A DNA stretch of 64,000 nt from Bacteroidales bacterium (GCA_035411425.1 DAONSX010000001.1:133150-197149); one strand, 5' to 3'; positions 49,455 through 58,858 are shown, counted from the stretch's first letter. A program made the numbers and translations. The notes: generated by a model not told the origin, from the sequence alone.

Positions 49455-49549
49455 CTTCGTGTGCTATTTTTTCTCACAAAGACGCCAAGAACGCTAAGAA
49501 AAATTGATTCAATCCTTTACCCCTTCGCGTGCTATTTTTTCTCGCAAAG
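49455..49549. repeat. 27-bp direct repeat (2 mismatches), copies 68 bp apart
   Basis: CTTCGTGTGCTATTTTTTCTCACAAAG (49455-49481) and CTTCGCGTGCTATTTTTTCTCGCAAAG (49523-49549). The second copy encodes the last residues of the decayed gene. Confidence 0.8.
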
Positions 49550-50261
49550 TAATGTCGCCGTTATAATATTGATCATATTCGATAAAAATATAAAACTCTC
49601 CTTCTGCTCTGCCAGCCTGAAAACCTAAACGGTAAATCGCGTTGATATACAAAAAAGGTAGCCGGTATCTGAATGAAAAATGCTGCCCATAATCCGTACT
49701 GCTGAAAAGGCTGTAGCAGTAACCCGTATCAAATGCAGCAATGTACACTTCACCTGGTGCACCACCCGGACACATATAGGATAAATGGAAAAATTATAAT
49801 GTGGCAACTGACTTTTGTATTCAAAACTATTGCCTGTATCGCTGCTTACATATAAATCAATCGGGCTGTATGGCGGTTGAGGCAGATTCAGACCAATTAC
49901 TTCACCTTCAATGGTACCCGATAAAAAACTAAAGTCATTAGGAGTAAACAGGGTGTCAAAATCTACTCCATTGTTATAAGGAACGGAGAACTCTTGTGCC
50001 TCCAGTTATCTTACAAGGAGAATAAATTAATCCGTTAATCTTATCTTTATAAATATTCTGATCAAATGAATCTTTTTAATAACTGATAAACTGACCATAA
50101 TCATTGCTGTATATTAAACCATATTCCCACCCAAAATTATAGGTGATAAATGTTGTAACATAATAAAATTCCCCCAGCACCGTCCCTTTTGAATAATGTT
50201 GCGAAAAGAGAGGATTCATACAATAACAAATGATAAAAAGTAACAAAAATATTTTTTTCAT
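49509..50261 (-). pseudogene. decayed gene for a secreted Asp-box (BNR-like) repeat protein
   Basis: Three ORF fragments in different frames share one architecture: a signal peptide (MKKIFLLLFIICYCMNPLFSQ) and repeated GE(F/V)Y and S-x-D-x-G-x-x-F units (YSNDYGQFISY, VSSDTGNSFEY, SSTDYGQHFSF). I see an in-frame TAA after FISY and at least two frameshifts, near 49990 and 49775. Confidence 0.65.
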
Positions 50262-50773
50262 GGTTGTTTGATTTTAAAGTTTTACAATTGGATAACAAAC
50301 TTGATAATTTGGAGTACTAACTTTTAAAAATTGAGACCTGCAGAGAAAGATAAATTTCTCGAACTGAAGGTAAATGAAAAATTATTTAAACCCTTTAGTG
50401 CCCTCAGCTTATGATAGATTTGTTATGGATAACTACTGGGAACAGGAACCCATGCAGCCTGACTATAGATTCTATAGATGGGGAATATACCCATTATTAA
50501 AGAAGTAAAAAGTAAACAAATTCTTTTTATGGCAGTTTAGATTAAAGATATTTATTATAACCAACATACGGTTTCATTATTATTTCGTTTTGCAGCTAAA
50601 CATTACATAAAATTTAGTAGTCTGATTGAAAATTCTATTTTTCAGTTAATCATATAAATAGTCTTACTAAAATACTAAAAATTACACTTTTACCAAAAAT
50701 GTAAGAATTGTTGATTTAGGAATAACAGATATTAGAGAGGTGTTAGGCTTAAAGAGTTAACTGATACGAAATT

Positions 50774-51907
50774 TTATCCCAGACAATACAGTTTAAGTCC
50801 ACCGAACCATATTTTCCCCTCTTCTATGCAGGCCGAACTCCGGATAACATCGCGGGTTATATAATCCCATTCTATATGGCCATTAGAAAGCTGCAGGCAA
50901 TAGAATTTTCCATCGTCGCAGCCAAAATATACATTTTCTCCACAAATAACTGGAGAGGAATGAATTGCTCTATCAAATCTGATTTGCCATAAAATTTCTC
51001 CATTCAAAGGACAGAGGGAATATAAAATTCCTGATCTTGAGCCAAAAACAAGATGATTAGTATCGATAGCAGCGGAAGAGAATATGGGAGAAGCAAGAGT
51101 TTCTTGCCAGATAATATTCCCTTGGTCTCCATTCAAACAATAAAAATTATTACCCAAAGTACCCACAAAAACATGACCTTTGAAAATAGCTGCCGTAGCA
51201 TGAATGGCTGCATCCAATCGAGTTTTCCACAGAAGACTTCCACTGTGTATATCCAACGCATAAATCCATCCATCACGGCTTCCCACAATTAATTTTCCAT
51301 TGGTAAAAGCTGGAGATGCCACTACCCATCCTTCGGTTTCATAGTTCCATTTCAATTTTCCCGAATAAGCATCCAGCGCATAAATATTTCCATCTATTCC
51401 TGAGATATATAAGATACCATTCAAGACTGCAGGCGATGAAAAAACCCAGTCTTTGGTTTCGAAACTCCATTTCATTCGTCCGTTGTTGGCATTCAGGCAA
51501 TAGACATGATGGTCGAAACTGCCAAACCAAAGCAAACCATCGTTTATAGCGGCCGTTGACCTTATTTCACGTCCCGTCTTGAATTGCCAGATGAGCGAAC
51601 CATCCTGCGCATCTAAACAGAAAAAACTATGGCTGTCGGAGCCGAAATATACTTTCCCTTCGGCCATCACCGGACTGGCATAAACGCCGGCAAGTTCATG
51701 AAAGGTATAAAGGACTTTTGGATATTGATTTATAGACTTTGTTTTGGCAATTCCTGTTCTGGAATAATTACCGCGGAACATGGGCATAAACGAAGGATTC
51801 CTTTCTTCGGCCTTCATGATGAGCTTCTGCGTTACATCCAACAACATGCTGGCTTGTTTTACGATTCCTTCATTTCTTTTCCGTTCTAACTTTCCTAAGT
51901 TGCTCAT
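50774..51907 (-). CDS. PQQ-like beta-propeller repeat protein without a signal peptide
   Basis: Seven repeats of the G-x-L-x-W-x-(F/Y)-x-T...SSP type: DGSLIWQFKTG, NGRMKWSFETKDWVFSSPAV, SGKLKWNYETEGWVVASPAF, SGSLLWKTRLD, QGNIIWQETLASPIFSSAAI, NGEILWQIRFDRAIHSSPVI and NGHIEWDYITRDVIRSSACI. The N-terminus is hydrophilic. The start is uncertain (51907 or 51844). Confidence 0.8.
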   Translation of the reverse strand: MSNLGKLERKRNEGIVKQASMLLDVTQKLIMKAEERNPSFMPMFRGNYSRTGIAKTKSINQYPKVLYTFHELAGVYASPVMAEGKVYFGSDSHSFFCLDAQDGSLIWQFKTGREIRSTAAINDGLLWFGSFDHHVYCLNANNGRMKWSFETKDWVFSSPAVLNGILYISGIDGNIYALDAYSGKLKWNYETEGWVVASPAFTNGKLIVGSRDGWIYALDIHSGSLLWKTRLDAAIHATAAIFKGHVFVGTLGNNFYCLNGDQGNIIWQETLASPIFSSAAIDTNHLVFGSRSGILYSLCPLNGEILWQIRFDRAIHSSPVICGENVYFGCDDGKFYCLQLSNGHIEWDYITRDVIRSSACIEEGKIWFGGLKLYCLG

Positions 51908-52808
51908 GTTCGGTTTTCAAAAATTGATATTCAGCATTCAACTTCATTTTTGTCTGCTCAAAATATTCATCCCAATCGCGAATATTCATCAGAGTATGAT
52001 AAACTTGACTTTCTTCGAGTTCACGGATTTCGGACTGCAAAATTTTTAAATCGGCCTGCAGGCGTGCTAAACGAGCCTCCAGAAGTTCCCTTTCTTCACT
52101 AGGAGTACGTAGCCTACTAAACATCCTGCTCCGTGTAAGTAATTTATGTATCTCTTCTACTTTTTGAATGTCGTTAATCATATAGGCGCGATTGAGTTCT
52201 ATGAAAACCTTTCGAGCTTCTTCACGAAAGTCGTCGTTCACGATATCGGGGTGACACAGTTTACTGGCTTCACGATACATTTTTTTCATGCTTTCGCGCT
52301 GCTTTTCATCAAGAATTTGTAAAGGCTGAATTTTTTCCAAGCTGCGCCTTTGATGCTGATAAGCAGTATAATCCTTTTTGGCTTCTTGGTAATTTGCCTG
52401 ATATGAGGAATCTACATCCTGAAGTAAATAAAATATCTCCATCTGTATTTTCAAAATCTTTCCGATAAGCCATCCCAAGTCACTGTTATGACGAATACGA
52501 AACCGATCAATCTCCTTGAGTATTTCTGTTTTCTTATATTGGACCACCGAAAGCTGGGTTTCAAGAATTCTTATTTGAGTTTTAATTCCTTGAATGTTAA
52601 TGTCGGAAGGAACAATATGCTGGGTTTTTTGCAATACATCTTGAATCTCATGGGTCAATTCTGTGAATAGCTTTTGACGAAAGAGATGGTAAAGATATTT
52701 CACTTCTTCGCTATGATCTTCGAGGAGAATGGCATCAAACTCGAGCTGGAGTTCGGTCAATTTGCGCTGTTCCAATAAATGTAAAATGGTTCGCAGACGG
52801 CGGTGCAT
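51870..52808 (-). CDS. J-domain (DnaJ-like) coiled-coil protein
   Basis: HPD-containing J domain MKKMYREASKLCHPDIV...ARKVFIELNRAYMINDIQKV, flanked by heptad-rich segments. It has no Zn-finger or G/F region, so it is not canonical DnaJ. Confidence 0.8.
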   Translation of the reverse strand: MHRRLRTILHLLEQRKLTELQLEFDAILLEDHSEEVKYLYHLFRQKLFTELTHEIQDVLQKTQHIVPSDINIQGIKTQIRILETQLSVVQYKKTEILKEIDRFRIRHNSDLGWLIGKILKIQMEIFYLLQDVDSSYQANYQEAKKDYTAYQHQRRSLEKIQPLQILDEKQRESMKKMYREASKLCHPDIVNDDFREEARKVFIELNRAYMINDIQKVEEIHKLLTRSRMFSRLRTPSEERELLEARLARLQADLKILQSEIRELEESQVYHTLMNIRDWDEYFEQTKMKLNAEYQFLKTEHEQLRKVRTEKK

Positions 52809-52817
52809 CAGCAGCTG

Positions 52818-54470
52818 TTATTTATGAAAAACACATTTACCATTAATCCAAGTTTGTTCTACCACAATATGAGGTATGCTGTCGTCGGGAAGCTGCATCA
52901 AATCATCGGAAGTTACGATAAAATCGGCTTTTTTACCTGGTTCTATCGAGCCGATTTCATTTTCGAGGAATGTTGATTTTGCAGCCCAAAGCGTCATGCC
53001 ATACAAGGTTTCGCGTCGTGAGAGTTTGTTTTGGGGTAAAAAACCGCCTGGAGGTCGATGTTGCAAATTTTTTCGGGTAGTGGCTGCATAAAAGGTGAAT
53101 ATGGGATTTACCTCTTCTATGGGGAAATCGGTCCCCAAAGCTATCCATCCGTTTTGGGTGAGAAGATCGTGGTAAGTATAAGCATATTGGAGGCGTTGGG
53201 GTCCAAGGCGTTTTTCAGCCCAATCCATATCGGAAGTTGCGTGAGTTGGCTGAACGGAAGGAATGATGGAAAATTGACCAAATTTCATCAAATCTTCAGG
53301 ATCGACTACCTGAGCATGCTCTATACGCCAGCGACGATCATTCTTACCTTTCAATATTTCGGAATAAATATCCAGCATCAATCGGTTGGCCGAATCGCCA
53401 ATGGCATGTGTACACACCTGAAAATCAGAATTATATGCTTTAAGACAGATTTCTTTCAGTATTTGGGGAGATTCAACAAGAAGTCCATGAGTATTGGGGT
53501 CATCGGAATAAGGACTTTTTAAAAGAGCACCTCGACTGCCCAAAGCTCCATCGGCATAAAGTTTTATAGCGTTTACCAACAAACGATCGGTTTTGTATAT
53601 GCCATGATGCATAAATTCAGAAATTGTGAGCGAATCAGGATTGATCATGGCAACAATCCTGATCTTTAGAACTCCATTTTTTTGTAATTCATCTATCGTA
53701 TGAATGACATGAGTCGGCAGTCCTGCGTCATTTACCGCAGTCAATCCATACGAAATGCAAATAGCTTCAGCCTTTTGCAGGGCATGTTTCAGCAATTGTT
53801 CATCCATGGCGGGGATGGCTTCCATCAATTTTTCCTTGGCATTATCCAGAAGCAATCCAGTGGGTTTTCCCTGAGAAATTAAAATTTCTCCACCGTCTAT
53901 TTTAGTATCGGAAGATATACAGGCGAGTCGAAGTGCCATGTCGTTGGCCAGAGCTGCATGACCATCCACCCGAACTATAACTACTGGGATATTGGGAAAA
54001 TTTTTCTCAAGTAAGGAATTATCGGGAAACTTATTATCAGGGAAGAGATTTTGGTCCCATCCCCTACCCAGCAACCATGTTTGAGGATTTTCTGCTATAA
54101 ACGACTTCAAGCGTTCGATGATTTCATCCATGGAACGAGTGCCTTTTAAGTTAGCCCATCTTATCATGGTTTCACCCAATCCCAAAAAATGGCAGTGTGC
54201 ATCCATAAAGCCTGGGTAAACGGTTTTCCCGTGTAAATCGAGTGTATCACGGGCCGAAAACTTCTTCAGAATCTCTTTGGTTTTGCCTGTTGATAGAATT
54301 CGCCCTTCCTTGATGGCAAAGGCCTCCTGTTGGCTGAAATGTTCATCGAGTGTATAAACATTCGCATGAATGACAATGAGGTCGGCTTCCTGTTTTTGCT
54401 CGTGGCAACTACTCAATACTAGAAATATCATAGGAAAAATAGATAAAGAAAAGATTTTTTTCATAGACAA
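52818..54470 (-). CDS. Amidohydro_3 (YtcJ-like) metal-dependent hydrolase, lipoprotein
   Basis: Lipobox LVLSSC, then PGFMDAHCHFLGLGE (HxH), VCTHAIGDSAN, WRIEHAQVV and LGTDFPIEE. Confidence 0.85.
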   Translation of the reverse strand: MSMKKIFSLSIFPMIFLVLSSCHEQKQEADLIVIHANVYTLDEHFSQQEAFAIKEGRILSTGKTKEILKKFSARDTLDLHGKTVYPGFMDAHCHFLGLGETMIRWANLKGTRSMDEIIERLKSFIAENPQTWLLGRGWDQNLFPDNKFPDNSLLEKNFPNIPVVIVRVDGHAALANDMALRLACISSDTKIDGGEILISQGKPTGLLLDNAKEKLMEAIPAMDEQLLKHALQKAEAICISYGLTAVNDAGLPTHVIHTIDELQKNGVLKIRIVAMINPDSLTISEFMHHGIYKTDRLLVNAIKLYADGALGSRGALLKSPYSDDPNTHGLLVESPQILKEICLKAYNSDFQVCTHAIGDSANRLMLDIYSEILKGKNDRRWRIEHAQVVDPEDLMKFGQFSIIPSVQPTHATSDMDWAEKRLGPQRLQYAYTYHDLLTQNGWIALGTDFPIEEVNPIFTFYAATTRKNLQHRPPGGFLPQNKLSRRETLYGMTLWAAKSTFLENEIGSIEPGKKADFIVTSDDLMQLPDDSIPHIVVEQTWINGKCVFHK

Positions 54471-54476
54471 AAGTTA

Positions 54477-55238
54477 TTAATTGGGTGAAGCTGCCAAGGC
54501 GAAATCGCTGACCAATTGAAGATGATCGGAACAAAAATGCAAATCCAGCGGATTCAAACCATACTTTTCAAGCCAATTTTCATTCAGATAAAGAAGGTGA
54601 AAGACAAAGGAATAAACCGCATTGAGTAAAGGGGAGTAAAAAATAAAATCGAGGCGGTTAGGACTGAATGCCTTGGAATAATCACGCCAAGTAAAGGCTA
54701 AAGGTCGGTCGATTTGATGGGGTGCCAGATCGGTAAACCAAGGCTTTTGAGCTTGGGTGAGCTGGATAGTAATGATGTTGTAGTAAGGAATTTCAGAGCC
54801 CACCATATTAAAATCTCCTGTTATCACGACTGGCAGCCGCAATATCGTATCTTCCTTTCTCCAAACAGAATAATTTTTTTCTAAATAATACATGATGGCT
54901 TGAGTTTCGGCTATACGTTCCTTGTCTAATGAACAACAGGAAAGATGAACAGGAATCAAAATAAGTGTATCCGGATAAGGCAAATCTGTTTGGATGGAAC
55001 AGGCGGCAATATTATGGTTGTCGCCAACGATAATTGCAGAGAAATTTCTATGAAGGCCATCATGCAAGCTAAATTCCCTTAAGAACTCAGCGTTTGTTCC
55101 ATTCACACGGCAGCCTGTGGCTGGATTATCATCGCCATCCATAATAATCGGGTTTCTATAACTTTGACAAAAAAGCCAGGAAGTGGTAAAAAACGAACCG
55201 ACAAAAAGCCAAACGCTCAGAAGATTATTTTTTTGCAT
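54477..55238 (-). CDS. secreted endonuclease/exonuclease/phosphatase (EEP)-fold protein, atypical N-terminal half
   Basis: Signal peptide, then C-terminal EEP motifs VVITGDFN, RLDFIFYS and CSDHLQLVSDF. I could not find the usual N-terminal N and QE motifs. Confidence 0.65.
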   Translation of the reverse strand: MQKNNLLSVWLFVGSFFTTSWLFCQSYRNPIIMDGDDNPATGCRVNGTNAEFLREFSLHDGLHRNFSAIIVGDNHNIAACSIQTDLPYPDTLILIPVHLSCCSLDKERIAETQAIMYYLEKNYSVWRKEDTILRLPVVITGDFNMVGSEIPYYNIITIQLTQAQKPWFTDLAPHQIDRPLAFTWRDYSKAFSPNRLDFIFYSPLLNAVYSFVFHLLYLNENWLEKYGLNPLDLHFCSDHLQLVSDFALAASPN

Positions 55239-56253
55239 TTTTCAAAAATAAATCGAGTTCTTCTAAATTATGAAATGTATATACCTGTTGATAAAGAGAA
55301 AATCGTATTTCCCAGTTCGCATCGATTCGTAGCCAATGTTGACTATTTTCGGCTTTCGCAACCGGGAGAAATCCTCTTCGTTTAATGAACGCCGCGATGA
55401 GAGGATGAAGTTCTTCATTTACATCGATAAAAACAGGAAGCCCTTGAGTTTGTTCAACCCCATAGTCGAAGGAAAAAGGGTTGAATTTTTTTCCGTTGTG
55501 CTCGAAATAATCCTCGAGCAGGGAACTGGCGAAAATTTCGTTGGGCACTCCCGAAACTATGGGTTTATCGGTGGCCATAAGTATGATTTCATCGGCCTGC
55601 CGAAAAGCCAAAGGCACGTCATGCGTAGAAATTAGAATGGTTTTGTTTTGCTGATGAGAGATGTTTGCAAGCAGTTGCATAATTTCGATTCGGCTCGGGA
55701 AATCGAGAAAAGCGGCTGGTTCATCTAAAAAGATATAGGGCGTTTGTTGAGCCAAAGCTTTGGCTATCATTACTTTTTGCTTTTCTCCATCACTGAGGTG
55801 GTCAAAAAATTCGGCAGCCTTGCAGTGGATACCCACCATCTGGAGTACATCGTGCACAACAGCTTTATCGGAAGGTGTAAGATGACCCCAAAAGCCGGTA
55901 TATGGTTGGCGACCCATAGCTACTACTTCGTAAACTGTAAGCAAAGGCAGTGCAGGTTGTTTGGTTAGTACAATGCTGATGCAAGTCGATAGACTCGATG
56001 GCGAAAATTGCGATAATATCTTGCCCGAAATGGTGATTTGGCCGGCCAGAGGCTTCAAGAAACCCGACAACGTGCGAAGCAATGTAGTCTTGCCTGAACC
56101 ATTGGGTCCGATAATACAATACAAACGACCCCGCCTGAAATTTAAATTGATATCCGACGCAATTACAGACTTTGGATTCAAATATCCAATGCTAAGATGA
56201 TTCGTTGTTAAAGCATCTTCATGAATGGGGAAGACTCTTCTGTTGAATTTCAT
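55225..56253 (-). CDS. ABC transporter ATP-binding protein (FecE/BtuD type) with a C-terminal extension of about 90 aa
   Basis: Walker A GPNGSGKTTL, signature LSDGEKQK, Walker B IFLDEPAAFLD and H-loop STHD. Confidence 0.9.
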   Translation of the reverse strand: MKFNRRVFPIHEDALTTNHLSIGYLNPKSVIASDINLNFRRGRLYCIIGPNGSGKTTLLRTLSGFLKPLAGQITISGKILSQFSPSSLSTCISIVLTKQPALPLLTVYEVVAMGRQPYTGFWGHLTPSDKAVVHDVLQMVGIHCKAAEFFDHLSDGEKQKVMIAKALAQQTPYIFLDEPAAFLDFPSRIEIMQLLANISHQQNKTILISTHDVPLAFRQADEIILMATDKPIVSGVPNEIFASSLLEDYFEHNGKKFNPFSFDYGVEQTQGLPVFIDVNEELHPLIAAFIKRRGFLPVAKAENSQHWLRIDANWEIRFSLYQQVYTFHNLEELDLFLKNAKK

Positions 56254-56266
56254 TCACACATTGATT

Positions 56267-57316
56267 TTAATTTTTTAAACGCAGAATCACCCCGATCATC
56301 ACTGGAGCGCCAATCAGCGAAGTGATGGCATTAATGGGCAGTGCACCTCCAAACACTGGCAAACGAGCAATAAAGTTACATATTAAAGAAAGAATCGCGC
56401 CTGTTAGCATGCTCACAGGTAACAAAATATGATGGTCGTGCGTTGCCAGAAGACCTCGACAAAGATGTGGAACAGCCAATCCGATAAAAGCTATAGGACC
56501 ACACCAGGCAGTTATAATCGAGGTTAAAAATCCAGCCACAAATATGATAAGGGTACGAGCTAAACTTAGCTTCAATCCAAGGTTCTGGGCATATTCATCT
56601 CCTAAGAGCATAAGGTTGAGAGATTTTGCTAATAAAAGCGAAAAAACAAGTCCAATCATTACTGCTGGAGTAATTATCTTCAATTGTTCCATGCTTACTT
56701 CCGAAAAGCTTCCCATTCCCCAAATCACGTAATGCTGAAGGTCGTCTTTCAGGCTGTAAAATTTGAGCAAACTCACCAACGAATAGCTCAGATAACCCAA
56801 CATCAGTCCAAGAATAAGCAGTTGGCCGATGTTTTTCAGACGTGCCGAAAAAAATAGAAGAAGCATCAACACACTCAAAGAGCCGATTAGAGCAGCCAGC
56901 GTAATGCCAATATATCCCCATGAACCTGATGAAAATATGGAAACTCCGCTAATATGGCCGGCTGCCATAGTTACGAGGGCTACACCCAGACTTGCTCCAG
57001 AACTGATACCCAGAATGGAGGGATCGGCCAAAGGATTGCGGAACAAAGCCTGCATAAGTAGGCCTCCAATGGCCAGTGAAGCCCCTGCCAATATGGCCAT
57101 TAAAGCCTGAGGTAATCGAAATTCATATACTACCAGAGCATTCTGATTCAAACCTCTTCCCTTCCCTGCAAAAATTTGCATTATTTCCGAAAAACTTACT
57201 TTTACTGTACCCACCGAAAGATTAGCAAAAAACAATATCACAAAAGCCAGAAGTAAAAAGATACCGATAAAGATGCGGAAAGCCGGAGTATGACGTGAGA
57301 TGTCTAAGGTATGCAT
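56267..57316 (-). CDS. FecCD/BtuC-family ABC permease
   Basis: Polytopic membrane protein with GASLAIGGLLMQALFRNPLADPSILGISSGASLG. Confidence 0.9.
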   Translation of the reverse strand: MHTLDISRHTPAFRIFIGIFLLLAFVILFFANLSVGTVKVSFSEIMQIFAGKGRGLNQNALVVYEFRLPQALMAILAGASLAIGGLLMQALFRNPLADPSILGISSGASLGVALVTMAAGHISGVSIFSSGSWGYIGITLAALIGSLSVLMLLLFFSARLKNIGQLLILGLMLGYLSYSLVSLLKFYSLKDDLQHYVIWGMGSFSEVSMEQLKIITPAVMIGLVFSLLLAKSLNLMLLGDEYAQNLGLKLSLARTLIIFVAGFLTSIITAWCGPIAFIGLAVPHLCRGLLATHDHHILLPVSMLTGAILSLICNFIARLPVFGGALPINAITSLIGAPVMIGVILRLKN

Positions 57317-58485
57317 TACTCGATGATTTGATAATACCGGGGTATATAATCAGGCAGAAGTTCAGGTCGAGTAAGATAGACCAAATCGGAGAGAATCAGT
57401 TCGGGATGGGCTACTCCTTCTTCATATAGAGGCACATGCGAAGCATTACAAACTACGACTTTTTGTTTTCGAGCTGACTCGAAAAGAACATAACGTTTAT
57501 CGAGATTCAACAAATCCTGCAGGCTAAAATTTTCTTTCTGGCTAACCACTATCCGCCAATAATCAGCATCATGAGCTCTTGAGAATACCTCTTCGAAACC
57601 AAGGCCTTTGCTTGCGGTTTCGTTCAGGTCGGAAAAAACATAACTCAAACCGGCATCTTTGTATAATTGAGCCATATAACTTCTTCCTCCCGAAACATAC
57701 CATACCCCAGAATTCATGAATCCATCGAATATACGCGCAGGTCGATCATTGTGAGAAACTTTCTTCTGAACACTTGAATACTCAGAGGCAATTTGACGAA
57801 AGATGCTGTCGGCTTCCTTTTCCTTTCCCACGAAATATCCGACAAAACGAATCCATTCGGCTCTTCCTAAGGGGTGATTTTCCATATAATCGGCTAAAGG
57901 CACGATTTGAAGCCCCATTTGTTGAAAACGACTGTAATCCTGACCAGCATACAGCGTAATAAAAGACAAATCAGGTCGGCAGGCAATCAGTGATTCGGCT
58001 TCGATACGATCGCCTCGAGCAATTTCTTGAACTTGTCTATCATGGATACGTTGCCTTATATAAGGATGAAAGATATAAGAAGTATCCGCTACACCGATGA
58101 GATGGTCCAAAATATTCAGAGAAGAAAGATGAGAGATGAGGGTGGATGAAGTTGTAGCAATTGAGTTCACAGGGAGAATAATGGGCTGATATCCATGAGG
58201 AATGGAATCGTTTGGCAAACGATGGGACAAAATGATGAATCTGGAATAAATTTTCGTAGTGTCCCAGGGATCTTTCAACCACACAGCCCTATGATGATGA
58301 ATATAACCAGCAACAAACAATCCAGCATATTGGGGCGAAGCAATGGTATCGAGTCGAAAACCCGAATCTTCATCCTGCTGAATGTTTCTTTGGCAGGAAG
58401 GAAAAATTAGAAACCATGATGAAGCTAAGGCAATTAAAGCAATAATGCGATGGTTTTCAAGTAAAAAGCTCTTCATCGCGTTCAA
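57316..58485 (-). CDS. class-8 (BtuF/FhuD-like) substrate-binding lipoprotein
   Basis: Signal peptide plus lipobox (LIFPSC), with a length and layout typical of siderophore/haem/corrinoid binding proteins. It joins the permease through a TAATG overlap. Confidence 0.75.
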   Translation of the reverse strand: MNAMKSFLLENHRIIALIALASSWFLIFPSCQRNIQQDEDSGFRLDTIASPQYAGLFVAGYIHHHRAVWLKDPWDTTKIYSRFIILSHRLPNDSIPHGYQPIILPVNSIATTSSTLISHLSSLNILDHLIGVADTSYIFHPYIRQRIHDRQVQEIARGDRIEAESLIACRPDLSFITLYAGQDYSRFQQMGLQIVPLADYMENHPLGRAEWIRFVGYFVGKEKEADSIFRQIASEYSSVQKKVSHNDRPARIFDGFMNSGVWYVSGGRSYMAQLYKDAGLSYVFSDLNETASKGLGFEEVFSRAHDADYWRIVVSQKENFSLQDLLNLDKRYVLFESARKQKVVVCNASHVPLYEEGVAHPELILSDLVYLTRPELLPDYIPRYYQIIE

Positions 58486-58831
58486 GCAGTAACAAGGATT
58501 GATGAGAAACGATAAAATATTTTTCGCTGTCGATTACGATTTCGATAGCACCCTTTTGAAGGAACAGGGCTAAATCGCCGGGTTTAGCCTGAAGTGGAAT
58601 ATAAGATGGAGCTTCATCTTTCGATTTCCATGGTTCTATATCACTTTCGCTGGGTAGAGGAATAGGATAACCTGGCCCGGTTTTAATCACATAACCCGAT
58701 TGCACTTCTTCCCTTTCAGAATAACCCGGAGGAAGAACAAGACCACCTTTAGTTTTGCTATTTGCACTCTTGGCTTTTATCAACACCCTATCGCCAATTA
58801 GAATAATGTTTTTTAATTTTTCAGGCTTCAT
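58457..58831 (-). CDS. GroES (Cpn10)-family paralogue with an internal insertion
   Basis: IGDRVLIKAKSANSKTKGGLVLP and KPGDLALFLQKGAIEIVIDSEKYFIV match the GroES mobile-loop and C-terminal strands. An extra segment (PIPLPSESDIEPWKSKDEAPSY) lies between them. Confidence 0.7.
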   Translation of the reverse strand: MKPEKLKNIILIGDRVLIKAKSANSKTKGGLVLPPGYSEREEVQSGYVIKTGPGYPIPLPSESDIEPWKSKDEAPSYIPLQAKPGDLALFLQKGAIEIVIDSEKYFIVSHQSLLLLERDEELFT

Positions 58832-58858
58832 TGAATTTGCTTGAAATGAATTTTATGG

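Noticed and set aside
50374-50508. 44-aa ORF (MKNYLNPLVPSAYDRFVMDNYWEQEPMQPDYRFYRWGIYPLLKK) in the 512-bp non-coding stretch.
   Set aside because: It has no promoter box upstream and no recognisable motif, and it lies in an eroded region next to a pseudogene. I cannot support it as a gene, although it could be another gene fragment.
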